In this document: piece by piece, positions 38,292 to 46,936 of the stretch
How the letters are laid out: each line of letters begins with the position of its first letter
Numbering within the stretch: position 1 is the stretch's first letter
Virus record (IMG/VR): IMGVR_UViG_3300022719_000175
Coordinates: 1 to 58,821 of that record
Direction: 5' to 3' (one strand)
Length of the DNA: 58,821 bases
Origin: a virus
Taxonomy: Duplodnaviria; Caudoviricetes
The notes under the pieces: model-generated
Database searches by the model: none
What the model was told of the DNA's origin: nothing
The model's input: only the letters and a program-made list of their open reading frames with translations
Translations under genes and position numbers: made by a program

Positions 38292-39767
38292 ATGATCTTC
38301 AAGACCACGCCCTACCCCCATCAGCTCGAGACGTTCAAGCAGACGAAGGACCGAGAGTGGTACGCGATCCAGTGGGAGATGGGCGCGGGCAAGACGAAGT
38401 TGGCTATCGACACGGCGGCGCACCTGTACTTGGAGGGCAAGATCGACGCCATGCTCGTGGTCGCGCCCAACGGCGTCCACCGCAACTGGGTGTCGGACGA
38501 GCTGCCGGTCCATTGCGCGGTCGACTACGACGCCTGCGTCTATGTCACGTCGAAGGCGAAGACCAAGTGGCACAAGCACGCGGTCATCGACTTGCTCGAG
38601 TCGGACAAGCTCGCGGTCCTCGCGGTCCCGTATTCCGGCTTTATCTCGCAGCACACGAAGGACGCCGTGTGGAAGTTTCTCAAGAAGCGCCGTGTCCTGT
38701 ATGTGCTCGACGAGGCCCACTTCATCAAGACGCCCAGCGCGAAGCGGACGAAGTCCATCGTGGCCTCGGCAAAGTACGCGCCGTATCGCCGGACGCTGAC
38801 GGGCACGCCGTACCTGAACAGCCCGTTCGACCTGTACCCACAGATGAAGTTCCTTCACCTCGACTTCTGGAAGGAGCACGGCCTGCCGAACCTGTCGACG
38901 TTCAAGGCCCACTTCTCGATTCAGAAGGACGTGGAGATCAACGGCAGCCGGTTCAAGCAGGTCGTCGCGTACCGAAACGAGGACGAGCTGCGTGACCTGC
39001 TTGCGCCGCATCGCAGTCGGATCACGACGGAGGAGGCACTGCCCGACCTGCCCGAGCGATCCTACGTGCGTGTGCCGGTTGAGCTTACGAAGCAGCAGTC
39101 GAAGTTGTACGAGGCCATCACCGACGAATACCTCGACGCGTTCGAGGCCTACCGCGACGCCTCCGACAGAACCATGCTTGACCCGCCGCCGGACCCGCTC
39201 ACTACGCTCCTACGTCTGCAGCAGGTCGTCTGCGGGTACTACCCCAACGAGGACGGCGACATCGAGCCGCTCGAGGGCACCAACCCGCGCCTACGCGCCG
39301 CTGTCGAGCTGTGCGACGCGACCGACCACCAGGTCCTCATTTGGGCTCGCTTCTCCGCTGACGTCGAGAATCTGCTCGAAGCGCTCGGCAGTGACCGAGC
39401 CATGCGGTATGATGGCCGCGTTGATGAGGACGCGAAGGTCGCGGCGCTGGACGCGTTCAGAGCCGGCGAAGTTCAGGTGCTTGTGCTGAACCCGCAAGCC
39501 GGTGGCACGGGCCTGACGCTCAACGAGGCCAGGACGACGATTTACTACTCGAACAGCTTCTCGCTTGGCGACCGGCTCCAGTCCGAGCGCCGCAACCACC
39601 GCAGCGGGCAGAAGAACGCCGTGACCTACTACGACCTCATCGCGGAGGGCACGATCGACGAAAAGATCGTCGGCTCGCTGCGCAACAAGATCGACGCAGC
39701 GGCGACCGTGAACGGCGACGAACTTTCTTCTTGGCTCGGGGGTTCTCCCGCCGGGGCCAGCCGGTAG
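38292..39767 (+). CDS. SNF2/DEAH-box helicase
   Basis: PYPHQ, EMGAGKT, LDEAH, LTGTP, GGTGLTL and QSERRNHRSGQ motifs. Confidence 0.93.
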   Translation: MIFKTTPYPHQLETFKQTKDREWYAIQWEMGAGKTKLAIDTAAHLYLEGKIDAMLVVAPNGVHRNWVSDELPVHCAVDYDACVYVTSKAKTKWHKHAVIDLLESDKLAVLAVPYSGFISQHTKDAVWKFLKKRRVLYVLDEAHFIKTPSAKRTKSIVASAKYAPYRRTLTGTPYLNSPFDLYPQMKFLHLDFWKEHGLPNLSTFKAHFSIQKDVEINGSRFKQVVAYRNEDELRDLLAPHRSRITTEEALPDLPERSYVRVPVELTKQQSKLYEAITDEYLDAFEAYRDASDRTMLDPPPDPLTTLLRLQQVVCGYYPNEDGDIEPLEGTNPRLRAAVELCDATDHQVLIWARFSADVENLLEALGSDRAMRYDGRVDEDAKVAALDAFRAGEVQVLVLNPQAGGTGLTLNEARTTIYYSNSFSLGDRLQSERRNHRSGQKNAVTYYDLIAEGTIDEKIVGSLRNKIDAAATVNGDELSSWLGGSPAGASR

Positions 39768-39768
39768 A

Positions 39769-40209
39769 ATGGCACCTATGAGCATCAACTACGAGGACGA
39801 CGTTACCAAACCGGACACTAGTGCGCTGGTGCCCTTGTCGGAACAACTCGAGACCGCCCGTCGCCTGGAGGCCGACGCGGAAGCGGAGTACAAGGACCGG
39901 AAGAGAGCTACCGCCGAGATCGAGCGTCTGATCGGCGAAAAGCTCGTGGAGCTCGGAATCGTCGGGGCTGGCTCGAAGATCAAGCTCGACAACGGCAAGA
40001 CGCTCACGCTGGATGAGCAGACGTATGTGTCGATCCCTGCCACGCTCAGAGACAAGGCGTACGGGTGGCTCAAGGCGAACGGCTACGGTAAGCTCATCGT
40101 CACCGAAACTCGGGAGAGCGTCAATGTGGGGCGTCTGCGTCCGATGGCGGACGACTTGCCACGCGACCTGTTCAAGGTGTCTCCCGTCAGAAAAGTGAAA
40201 ATCAAATGA
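39769..40209 (+). CDS. Conserved phage replication-module protein (coiled coil)
   Basis: AYGWLKANGYGKLI pattern; conserved position upstream of the SSB-like gene. Confidence 0.65.
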   Translation: MAPMSINYEDDVTKPDTSALVPLSEQLETARRLEADAEAEYKDRKRATAEIERLIGEKLVELGIVGAGSKIKLDNGKTLTLDEQTYVSIPATLRDKAYGWLKANGYGKLIVTETRESVNVGRLRPMADDLPRDLFKVSPVRKVKIK

Positions 40210-41030
40210 CCAAGAAGAATGAAATCGCTACGAAACCGAAGAACGAAATCGCGACCATCGACTTCGGCGCGGACGCCGGTGCCGGTATCGGCAAGATCTC
40301 CGCGTCGGAAACCGTCATCCCTTACTTGAACTTGCTGCAAGCTCTCAGCCCGGAGGCAAACGAGGGGACGGACCGCACGATCGAGGGCGCCAAGGCCGGG
40401 CTCATGCTCAACACGGCGACGCGTGATCTGCTTGAAGAGGCGATCATCGTACCTCTGTTGAAGCAGCACTTCTTCGTCGAATGGACTCCGCGGGACGAGG
40501 GCGGTGGACTGGTCGAGCGGCACCTGCCCGACTCCGACTTCGTCCGTCAGGTCCGCGAGACCAACAACCGCGACGCCAAGAACATGCTGCTCACGCCGGA
40601 TGGCAACCACCTCGTCGAGACGTTCTACCTCACCGCGCTGCTGCTCGACGACGCGGATGCCGTTGATGGCGACGTCGTCTGCATCTCGTTCGCCCGGACG
40701 AAGATGGGCCCGTGGCGCGAGATGATGCAGCCGATCTACAAGACGGCGACGAAGTACCCGTTCTTCGCGCACCGCCTCCGTCTCACGACGAAGCAGCAGA
40801 AGGACAAGCAGGGCCGTCCGTACTTCAACTACGTCGCGACGCCGGTCAACCAGGTCGAGGGCGGCCGCGCGCTCGACAGCGTCAAGGCCTCGCTCATCCA
40901 AGACGAAGCGCAGTACGCGTTTGCCAAGGAGGCTTTCGAGTTCGTCAACCAGGGCCTCGAGGACGGCAGCGTCAAACACGCCGACGAGGACACCGAGGAC
41001 GACACCCCCAAGGGCAACACCCCCTTCTAA
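40206..41030 (+). CDS. Putative single-stranded DNA-binding/annealing protein
   Basis: IPYLNLLQALSPE and VEW.PR..GGGLV motifs; acidic C-terminus ending in PF. Confidence 0.65.
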   Translation: MTKKNEIATKPKNEIATIDFGADAGAGIGKISASETVIPYLNLLQALSPEANEGTDRTIEGAKAGLMLNTATRDLLEEAIIVPLLKQHFFVEWTPRDEGGGLVERHLPDSDFVRQVRETNNRDAKNMLLTPDGNHLVETFYLTALLLDDADAVDGDVVCISFARTKMGPWREMMQPIYKTATKYPFFAHRLRLTTKQQKDKQGRPYFNYVATPVNQVEGGRALDSVKASLIQDEAQYAFAKEAFEFVNQGLEDGSVKHADEDTEDDTPKGNTPF

Positions 41031-41046
41031 GATCCTTCCTCAATCC

Positions 41047-41106
41047 GCCCCGGAGCGAGCCCACCCGTTAGATGCGCGGGCTGGCAGTAACTCCGGGGCA
41101 TTTTTC
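41047..41106 (+). terminator. Terminator-like extended hairpin
   Basis: GCCCCGGAG/CTCCGGGGC outer stem, AGCCC/GGGCT inner stem, then ATTTTTT. Confidence 0.6.
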
Positions 41107-41119
41107 TGGAGGCTGACCC

Positions 41120-41347
41120 ATGAGCGGCAACGAAAAAACCGTGAAGGTGGATCTGGGCGGGCTGCCCCTGTTCCTGCTGTTCATCACGTTCATGGCGCTG
41201 AAACTGACCGATGTCATCGACTGGTCGTGGTGGTGGGTGACCGCGCCGCTGTGGATTCCCACCGTGGCTGTGCTGCTGTGCATGGGCGGGGTGTTCGCTG
41301 TGGTGGGTGCCGGAACGTTGATCGCGTGGGCGAGGCGGCGCCGGTGA
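41120..41347 (+). CDS. Small membrane protein (IDWSWWWV.APLW family)
   Basis: LKLTDVIDWSWWWVTAPLWIP motif. Confidence 0.75.
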   Translation: MSGNEKTVKVDLGGLPLFLLFITFMALKLTDVIDWSWWWVTAPLWIPTVAVLLCMGGVFAVVGAGTLIAWARRRR

Positions 41348-42528
41348 AGTGGTCCCCGGAGCAGGCCAAGGCCTTGGATAGCGTGAAGTCATGGTACGCC
41401 AACGAGCCCAATCGTCCGTTCATCCTGAACGGCTACGCCGGAACGGGCAAGACGACGCTCGCGCGGCACATCGCTGCCACAATCGGCGGCTTTGTGCCCT
41501 TCGCCACGTTTACCGGGAAGGCCGCTCATGTGCTCCGGCGCAAGGGCTGCGAGACCGCGACGACCATCCACCAACTGATCTACGCGCCCAAACACCAGAG
41601 CCGGGCACGGCTTCAGGCGCTCGAGGAGGACCTTCAGGCGGCCGAGGTTGCGGAGGAGCACGACCGCGCATCACAGATCATGTCCGCCATCCGGGCGGAG
41701 AAGAAGCGTCTGGAGCGTCCCTCGTTCCGGCTCCTCGAGGACACACCACTCGAGGAGGCCTCCGCCGTCATCATCGATGAGCACTCGATGGTCGACGAGA
41801 AAATCGGCGAGGACCTCGCCTCGTTCGGCGTGCCGACCATCGCCTTGGGCGATCCTGGGCAGTTGCCGCCCGTTGGCGGCCGCCCGTACTTCAACGCGGA
41901 GCCGGACGTGATGCTCGAGCAGATCCACCGGCAAGCAGCAGACAACCCCGTCATCCGACTGGCCACCATGGCGCGAATGGGAGAGCGGATCCCGTTCGGC
42001 GAATACGGCGCTTCTCAGGTCGTGCCGTGGGGGTCGGTCGGTACGGATCAAGTGCTCGAGCACGACCAAATCCTCGTGGGTCGCAACAAGACACGGGCTG
42101 CGTCCAACGAACGAGTGCGCGAGCTCCGCGGCTTCAAGGGAGCCACGCCGCAGGCCGGCGAGCGGATCGTATGCCTGCGGAACAACCACGAGAAGGGGAT
42201 CATGAACGGGTCGACGTGGGAAGTCGAAACGGCTACCGACTTCGATCTCGACACGATCGCTCTGACAATCTTCGACCCGGACGAGCCGGAGGACAGGCAT
42301 TGGGTCCAAGCGTTCGATCTCCCCTTCACGGGCGTGAGCGTACCGTTCTGGGAACGGCGCGCGGATGTGTTCGACTACGGCTATGCCCTCACCGTCCACA
42401 AATCCCAAGGCTCGGAATGGCCCAGCGTACTCGTGTTCGACGAGTCCGGTGCCTTCCGGCAAGACCGAAACAAGCATCTCTATACCGCGCTCACGCGAGC
42501 GTCTGAAAGGGTAACCCTTGTCATCTGA
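41344..42528 (+). CDS. RecD/Dda-like SF1B helicase
   Basis: GYAGTGKT, IIDEHSM, GDPGQLPPV, YALTVHKSQGSEW and YTALTRA motifs. Confidence 0.92.
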   Translation: MKWSPEQAKALDSVKSWYANEPNRPFILNGYAGTGKTTLARHIAATIGGFVPFATFTGKAAHVLRRKGCETATTIHQLIYAPKHQSRARLQALEEDLQAAEVAEEHDRASQIMSAIRAEKKRLERPSFRLLEDTPLEEASAVIIDEHSMVDEKIGEDLASFGVPTIALGDPGQLPPVGGRPYFNAEPDVMLEQIHRQAADNPVIRLATMARMGERIPFGEYGASQVVPWGSVGTDQVLEHDQILVGRNKTRAASNERVRELRGFKGATPQAGERIVCLRNNHEKGIMNGSTWEVETATDFDLDTIALTIFDPDEPEDRHWVQAFDLPFTGVSVPFWERRADVFDYGYALTVHKSQGSEWPSVLVFDESGAFRQDRNKHLYTALTRASERVTLVI

Positions 42529-42532
42529 ACGC

Positions 42533-44158
42533 ATGGGACAGTTTGCCCGCGCTATCTACAAGGCAAAATATGCGATGGACGGCGAGGAGTGGCCGGACAC
42601 CGCGCGTCGCGTGGGGACCGAGGTCTTGAGCTCCGTCGACGCCAGTCCTGAGCTCATCGACGCTACGGTCAAGGCCATCACGGCGCGCGAGTTTTTGCCG
42701 GGTGGCCGGTATCTCTTCGCGGCCGGGCGTTCGTATCACCAGACAAACAACTGTTTTCTCTTCCGCCCCGAAGATTCCCGCGAGGGTTGGGCGGAGTTCA
42801 ACCGCAAGGCCACCATGGCGCTTATGACGGGCGGCGGTATCGGTGGCTGGTATGGGGACATCCGTTCAAGCGGCAAGCCGATCAAAAAGACCGGCGGCAT
42901 TTCGTCGGGACCGCTCGCACTGATGGAGATGGTCAACGAGATCGGCCGCCATGTTATGCAGGGCGGCTCTCGTCGCTCCGCGATCTGGGCAGGCCTACCG
43001 TGGTACCACAATGACATCAACGATTTCCTCGTCATGAAAAACTGGGCTCCCGAGGTCCGCGCCATGAAGGAGCGGGACTTCAACTTCCCCGCCACTATGG
43101 ACATGACCAACATCTCGGTCACGCTCAACGACCAGTTCTTCGCGGCGATCCATGATCACAGCCACGGGATGCACAAGTTGGCGAAAGAGGTCTACTGGAC
43201 CACCGTCAAGCGGATGCTAAAGACCGGCGAGCCCGGTTTCTCCGTCGACACGGGCAACGACTGGCGCGAGAATCTACGCAACGCCTGCACCGAGATCACG
43301 TCGGAGGACGACTCGGACGTCTGCAACCTTGGGCACATCAACCTCGCTCGCATGCGCGATCTCGACCACTTCCGCGACACCGTCGCGCTCGCCACGTCGT
43401 TTTGCCTCGCCGGTACGGTCTACTCTGACGTTCCATTCCTCGAGGTCGAGGAAACTCGCGCCAAGAACCGTCGTCTCGGCGTCGGTCTCATGGGCGTCCA
43501 CGAGTGGCTTATGCAGCGGGGCAAACCGTACGGTGAGGACGAGGAGCTTGGGACTTGGCTGCAAGCCTACGCCGAAATTACTACTGACTTCGCCGCCGAC
43601 TTCGCCGTCCTCTGGGGACTAAGCGAGCCGGTGAAGACCCGAGCAATCGCGCCGACCGGAACGACCGGCATCGTCGCCGAGACCACCACCGGCCTCGAGC
43701 CCATGTTCTGCGCTGCGTACAAGCGGAGATACCTCGAGGAGGGCACGAAGTGGAAGTACCAATTCGTCGTCGACCCGACGGCGAGACGAGCGGTGGAGAA
43801 GTACAACGTGGACCCGGAGGATCTCGAGGACGCGTATTCGCTGGCCAACAACCCGGAGCGGCGCGTCCGCTTTCAGGCGTGGGTCCAAGAGTTCGTCGAC
43901 CACGGGATCTCGTCCACCATCAATCTGCCGGCATGGGGCAGCAAACACAACAACGAAGGGATCATCGACAATTTCGGCACCATGCTGCTGCGGTACTTGC
44001 CAGACCTGCGCGGCATCACGACCTATCCCGATGGGGCCCGCGGAGGCCAGCCACTCACTACGATCGCGTATGAGGAAGCCGTTCGCCACGAGGGAGACAT
44101 CTTCGAGGAGTCCAGCGACGTATGCGACATCACCAGGGGAAGCAGTTGCGGCGACTGA
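42533..44158 (+). CDS. nrdJ: Ribonucleotide reductase, class II (B12-dependent, minimal)
   Basis: LPGGRYL, NCF, GEPG, NACTEI, CNLG.INL, APTGT and C-terminal Cys pair; no beta-subunit gene. Confidence 0.88.
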   Translation: MGQFARAIYKAKYAMDGEEWPDTARRVGTEVLSSVDASPELIDATVKAITAREFLPGGRYLFAAGRSYHQTNNCFLFRPEDSREGWAEFNRKATMALMTGGGIGGWYGDIRSSGKPIKKTGGISSGPLALMEMVNEIGRHVMQGGSRRSAIWAGLPWYHNDINDFLVMKNWAPEVRAMKERDFNFPATMDMTNISVTLNDQFFAAIHDHSHGMHKLAKEVYWTTVKRMLKTGEPGFSVDTGNDWRENLRNACTEITSEDDSDVCNLGHINLARMRDLDHFRDTVALATSFCLAGTVYSDVPFLEVEETRAKNRRLGVGLMGVHEWLMQRGKPYGEDEELGTWLQAYAEITTDFAADFAVLWGLSEPVKTRAIAPTGTTGIVAETTTGLEPMFCAAYKRRYLEEGTKWKYQFVVDPTARRAVEKYNVDPEDLEDAYSLANNPERRVRFQAWVQEFVDHGISSTINLPAWGSKHNNEGIIDNFGTMLLRYLPDLRGITTYPDGARGGQPLTTIAYEEAVRHEGDIFEESSDVCDITRGSSCGD

Positions 44159-44222
44159 GTACTGCTCATCCCTTACCACTACTGCGGCAGCTGCCGCGAA
44201 AGCTACTTGGAGGCACGACGAG

Positions 44223-44411
44223 ATGGAAAGCAAGATCATCGGAGCAGTGACGTCGAAGCGTAACGGCATCGGCGTGGAGGCTCTCGTCAAGAACGACTCG
44301 CGCATCACGGTGAACAACGGCCAGGACGGTACGAAGTACATTCGAATCGGCTTCGACGTGGAGATGCGGCTCGATGCCGCGAAAGCGGCGGAGCTCAAGG
44401 CGGCGCTGTGA
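44223..44411 (+). CDS. Small hypothetical protein
   Basis: GGAGG RBS before MESKIIGAV... Confidence 0.45.
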   Translation: MESKIIGAVTSKRNGIGVEALVKNDSRITVNNGQDGTKYIRIGFDVEMRLDAAKAAELKAAL

Positions 44412-44459
44412 AGAAGGTGCACGGGTTGGGCTCGGGATCCTGCTGAAGGAGACGATGAG

Positions 44460-45101
44460 ATGAGCAGCGCACGGTTGATCTGGATGACGCCTGACGCAGA
44501 GCAGCAAATCGAATACTGCGCGCGGGTCTCGAGCCCGGAGAACCAGGAGCGGATGGAGAAAGGCGAGCTCACGCCCGGCCGGCTACTGCGCTACTGCGCT
44601 CGCAAGGGCCACTGGTCGATCTTCGAGATGGCGAACGCCTGCATCGCGGTCACGACGACGCGGGACATCTCCGCGCAGATCCTCCGGCATCGCTCGTTCT
44701 CGTTCCAAGAGTTCTCAACGCGGTACACCCAGGTCAGCAGGCGGTCCGTCGCCCCTGAGCTGCGGCCGCAGGACCCCAAGAACCGGCAGTCGTCGCTTGA
44801 CGCGCCGATCGACCTGAGTGGCGTGCAACGTGTTCTCGACCGGGCTCACGACGCGTACGACGACCTGATCCGCTGCGGCGTAGCTCGGGAATGCGCTCGC
44901 CGGGTTCTGCCCCTCTGCACTCCCACAAAGTTGTACATGAACGGTACAATCCGTTCATGGATCCACTACTTCAAGGCGAGATGCACCCCTGAGACGCAGA
45001 AGGAGCATAGAGAATTGGCCCTTCAAGCGCGAGCCCTGTTGGCCCGGAATTTGCAGGTGATAGCAGAAGCCTTCGACTGGAACGGAGACCCGAATGAGTA
45101 A
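44460..45101 (+). CDS. thyX: FAD-dependent thymidylate synthase
   Basis: HWSIFE, QILRHRSFSFQEFSTRY (RHRX7S), ECARRVLP and TQKEHR motifs. Confidence 0.95.
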   Translation: MSSARLIWMTPDAEQQIEYCARVSSPENQERMEKGELTPGRLLRYCARKGHWSIFEMANACIAVTTTRDISAQILRHRSFSFQEFSTRYTQVSRRSVAPELRPQDPKNRQSSLDAPIDLSGVQRVLDRAHDAYDDLIRCGVARECARRVLPLCTPTKLYMNGTIRSWIHYFKARCTPETQKEHRELALQARALLARNLQVIAEAFDWNGDPNE

Positions 45102-45274
45102 GTTTCTCGAGGAGAGCGTCGAGCAGGCGCGACAGCTGCTTCGATCCGCCGGCGGAGACCGGGACCTGCTCAATGCAGCGGTCCGGATTCACGCGGCGCG
45201 GATCATTGCGCAGCACCAGGTCGTCGAGCTCGAGATCGATGAAGACCTCGCCGCTCTTCTGGGAGAAGGACCTG

Positions 45275-46264
45275 ATGAGATTGATTGAGGCAAGAAATCC
45301 GCATCAAGCCCTGCCGAAGGCCTTGAAGATGCTCCAAGACGACGGGCATCTGCGTAAGAGCCGCGCGGGAGCGGTGATGACGGTGGATGGGCCCGTCACC
45401 ACGACCTACGAACGACCGTGGGAGATGGTGGTATTCCAGGCGCAACGGGACGCAAACCCATTCTTTCACCTCATGGAGGCCCTGTGGATGCTCGCCGGGC
45501 GGGATGATCTCGCCTTCGTGCGCCGGTTCAACCGCGGGATCGCGCGTTTCGCCGAAGACGAGGGCTACTTCCATGGGGCGTACGGCCGCCGCTGGCGGCA
45601 CCACTTCGGCGCGGATCAGCTCCCGTCCATCGTGCGGGCACTGCGCGAGCAGCCCAACTGCCGGCGGCAAATCCTGCAAATGTGGGACCCGCTCATCGAC
45701 CTGAACGCGAGCAAGCGGGACATCCCGTGCAACATCACGGTCCACTTCCAGGTTTCGTTCCGGAAGCGGCTGGACATGACGGTCTTTTGCCGCTCCAACG
45801 ACGTCGTGTGGGGCTGCTACGGATCCGACTGCGTGACGTTTGGAGTCCTGCAGCAGTTCGTGGCCGCGGCCGTGGGCGTCCCGCCCGGGCGGTACTTCCA
45901 GGTCAGCGACAACTTTCACGCCTACACGGACACGGCGGACTTCGCTCTCGCGGACCAGGCGGGCGAGATGTGCCCGTACGAGTGGGGCTCCGTTGTTCCC
46001 ACACGGCTTGTGGATCACGGGATGGACGCCGACGATTTCATCGCGGACGTCGAGAATTTTTGCAGCGGCGGGACCACGAAGTCGTGGTTTCTCCAGCGCG
46101 TCGCCGAGCCCATGGCCCGCGCCTACGACCGTTTTCGGGGTATGCGAAACCACCCGGAACGCTATGATCTAGCCCTGGAAGAGCTTTCCTACGGCGCATG
46201 TCACTCTGACTGGATCGTGGCCGCGAAAGAGTGGTTCGAAAGGAGGCAGCAGTGCCGGGCATGA
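45275..46264 (+). CDS. ThyA-family pyrimidine hydroxymethylase/methylase, predicted dCMP-specific
   Basis: RDANPFFHLMEALWMLAGR, GAYG.RWR, catalytic DIPCN, RSNDVVWGCYGSD and NFHAY motifs. Confidence 0.85.
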   Translation: MRLIEARNPHQALPKALKMLQDDGHLRKSRAGAVMTVDGPVTTTYERPWEMVVFQAQRDANPFFHLMEALWMLAGRDDLAFVRRFNRGIARFAEDEGYFHGAYGRRWRHHFGADQLPSIVRALREQPNCRRQILQMWDPLIDLNASKRDIPCNITVHFQVSFRKRLDMTVFCRSNDVVWGCYGSDCVTFGVLQQFVAAAVGVPPGRYFQVSDNFHAYTDTADFALADQAGEMCPYEWGSVVPTRLVDHGMDADDFIADVENFCSGGTTKSWFLQRVAEPMARAYDRFRGMRNHPERYDLALEELSYGACHSDWIVAAKEWFERRQQCRA

Positions 46265-46638
46265 AGTTCGACAAGAACAAAACGCGCCTCGAGCTGCTGC
46301 CGTTCGACGCGCTCGAGCAGTGTGCCGACGTGTTCGCCTTCGGCGCGGCCAAGTACGGGGAATGGAACTGGACGGGAATCGAGGAGGGCGTGCAGCGCTA
46401 CGTTGGCTCGCTGCTCCGTCATGTGTCTCGATTCCAGCAGGGGGAAGAGATTGATCCCGATTCCGGGCTGCACCACCTCGCTCACGCGGGGGCGTGCTGC
46501 CTCATCATCTTGCGCTTCCTCGCGGAGGAAGGGCGACTCCCAACTGAGAAGAAGGACCTCAGTGATGTTACAAATGAGTTTACCCCTGCCCGGGACGCCT
46601 ACGCCCGAGACGGAGAATACGATGAGAACGCCGCGTGA
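46261..46638 (+). CDS. dNTP diphosphohydrolase domain protein (DUF5664-like)
   Basis: KFDKNK.RLELLP, FGAAKYG..NW and DPDSGLHHLAHA motifs. Confidence 0.85.
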   Translation: MKFDKNKTRLELLPFDALEQCADVFAFGAAKYGEWNWTGIEEGVQRYVGSLLRHVSRFQQGEEIDPDSGLHHLAHAGACCLIILRFLAEEGRLPTEKKDLSDVTNEFTPARDAYARDGEYDENAA

Positions 46639-46936
46639 GCGCGCAGTCGCGCTCTACAACCAAGGCCTCAGCATCGTCGAGGTGGCGAAGGAGCTCGACC
46701 AACACCCGCAGCTTATCGGCAATCTCATCGTGAACACGCCCAAGCGGGCCGGCGCCGGTCGCCCGCGGCGCAAAATGCCAGGCGACCACGTCGCGAAGAA
46801 CATGCGCCTGCTCAACGAGCAGCACGGGTTCACTCGCGCGCAGATCGCTGAGATGTTCGGCTGCTCGATAACCACCGTGAACTACGCCATCCAGGCGAAT
46901 CGCGTGGCGAACGGCGAGACTCGGCGAGTCAAGTGA
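46622..46936 (+). CDS. Double-HTH DNA-binding protein
   Basis: GLSIVEVAKELD and GFTRAQIAEMFGCSITTV. Confidence 0.7.
   Translation: MRTPRERAVALYNQGLSIVEVAKELDQHPQLIGNLIVNTPKRAGAGRPRRKMPGDHVAKNMRLLNEQHGFTRAQIAEMFGCSITTVNYAIQANRVANGETRRVK

Noticed and set aside
45275-46638. YuA/M6-type thymidine hypermodification or Z-base (2-aminoadenine) system
   Set aside because: No 5hmU DNA kinase, aGPT-PPlase, radical SAM enzyme or PurZ was recognised. The Asp specificity residue and the presence of ThyX argue for a cytosine target.
46622-46936. Lysogeny repressor module
   Set aside because: The HTH gene lies inside the replication operon. There is no divergent cI/cro arrangement, peptidase domain, integrase or partition genes.
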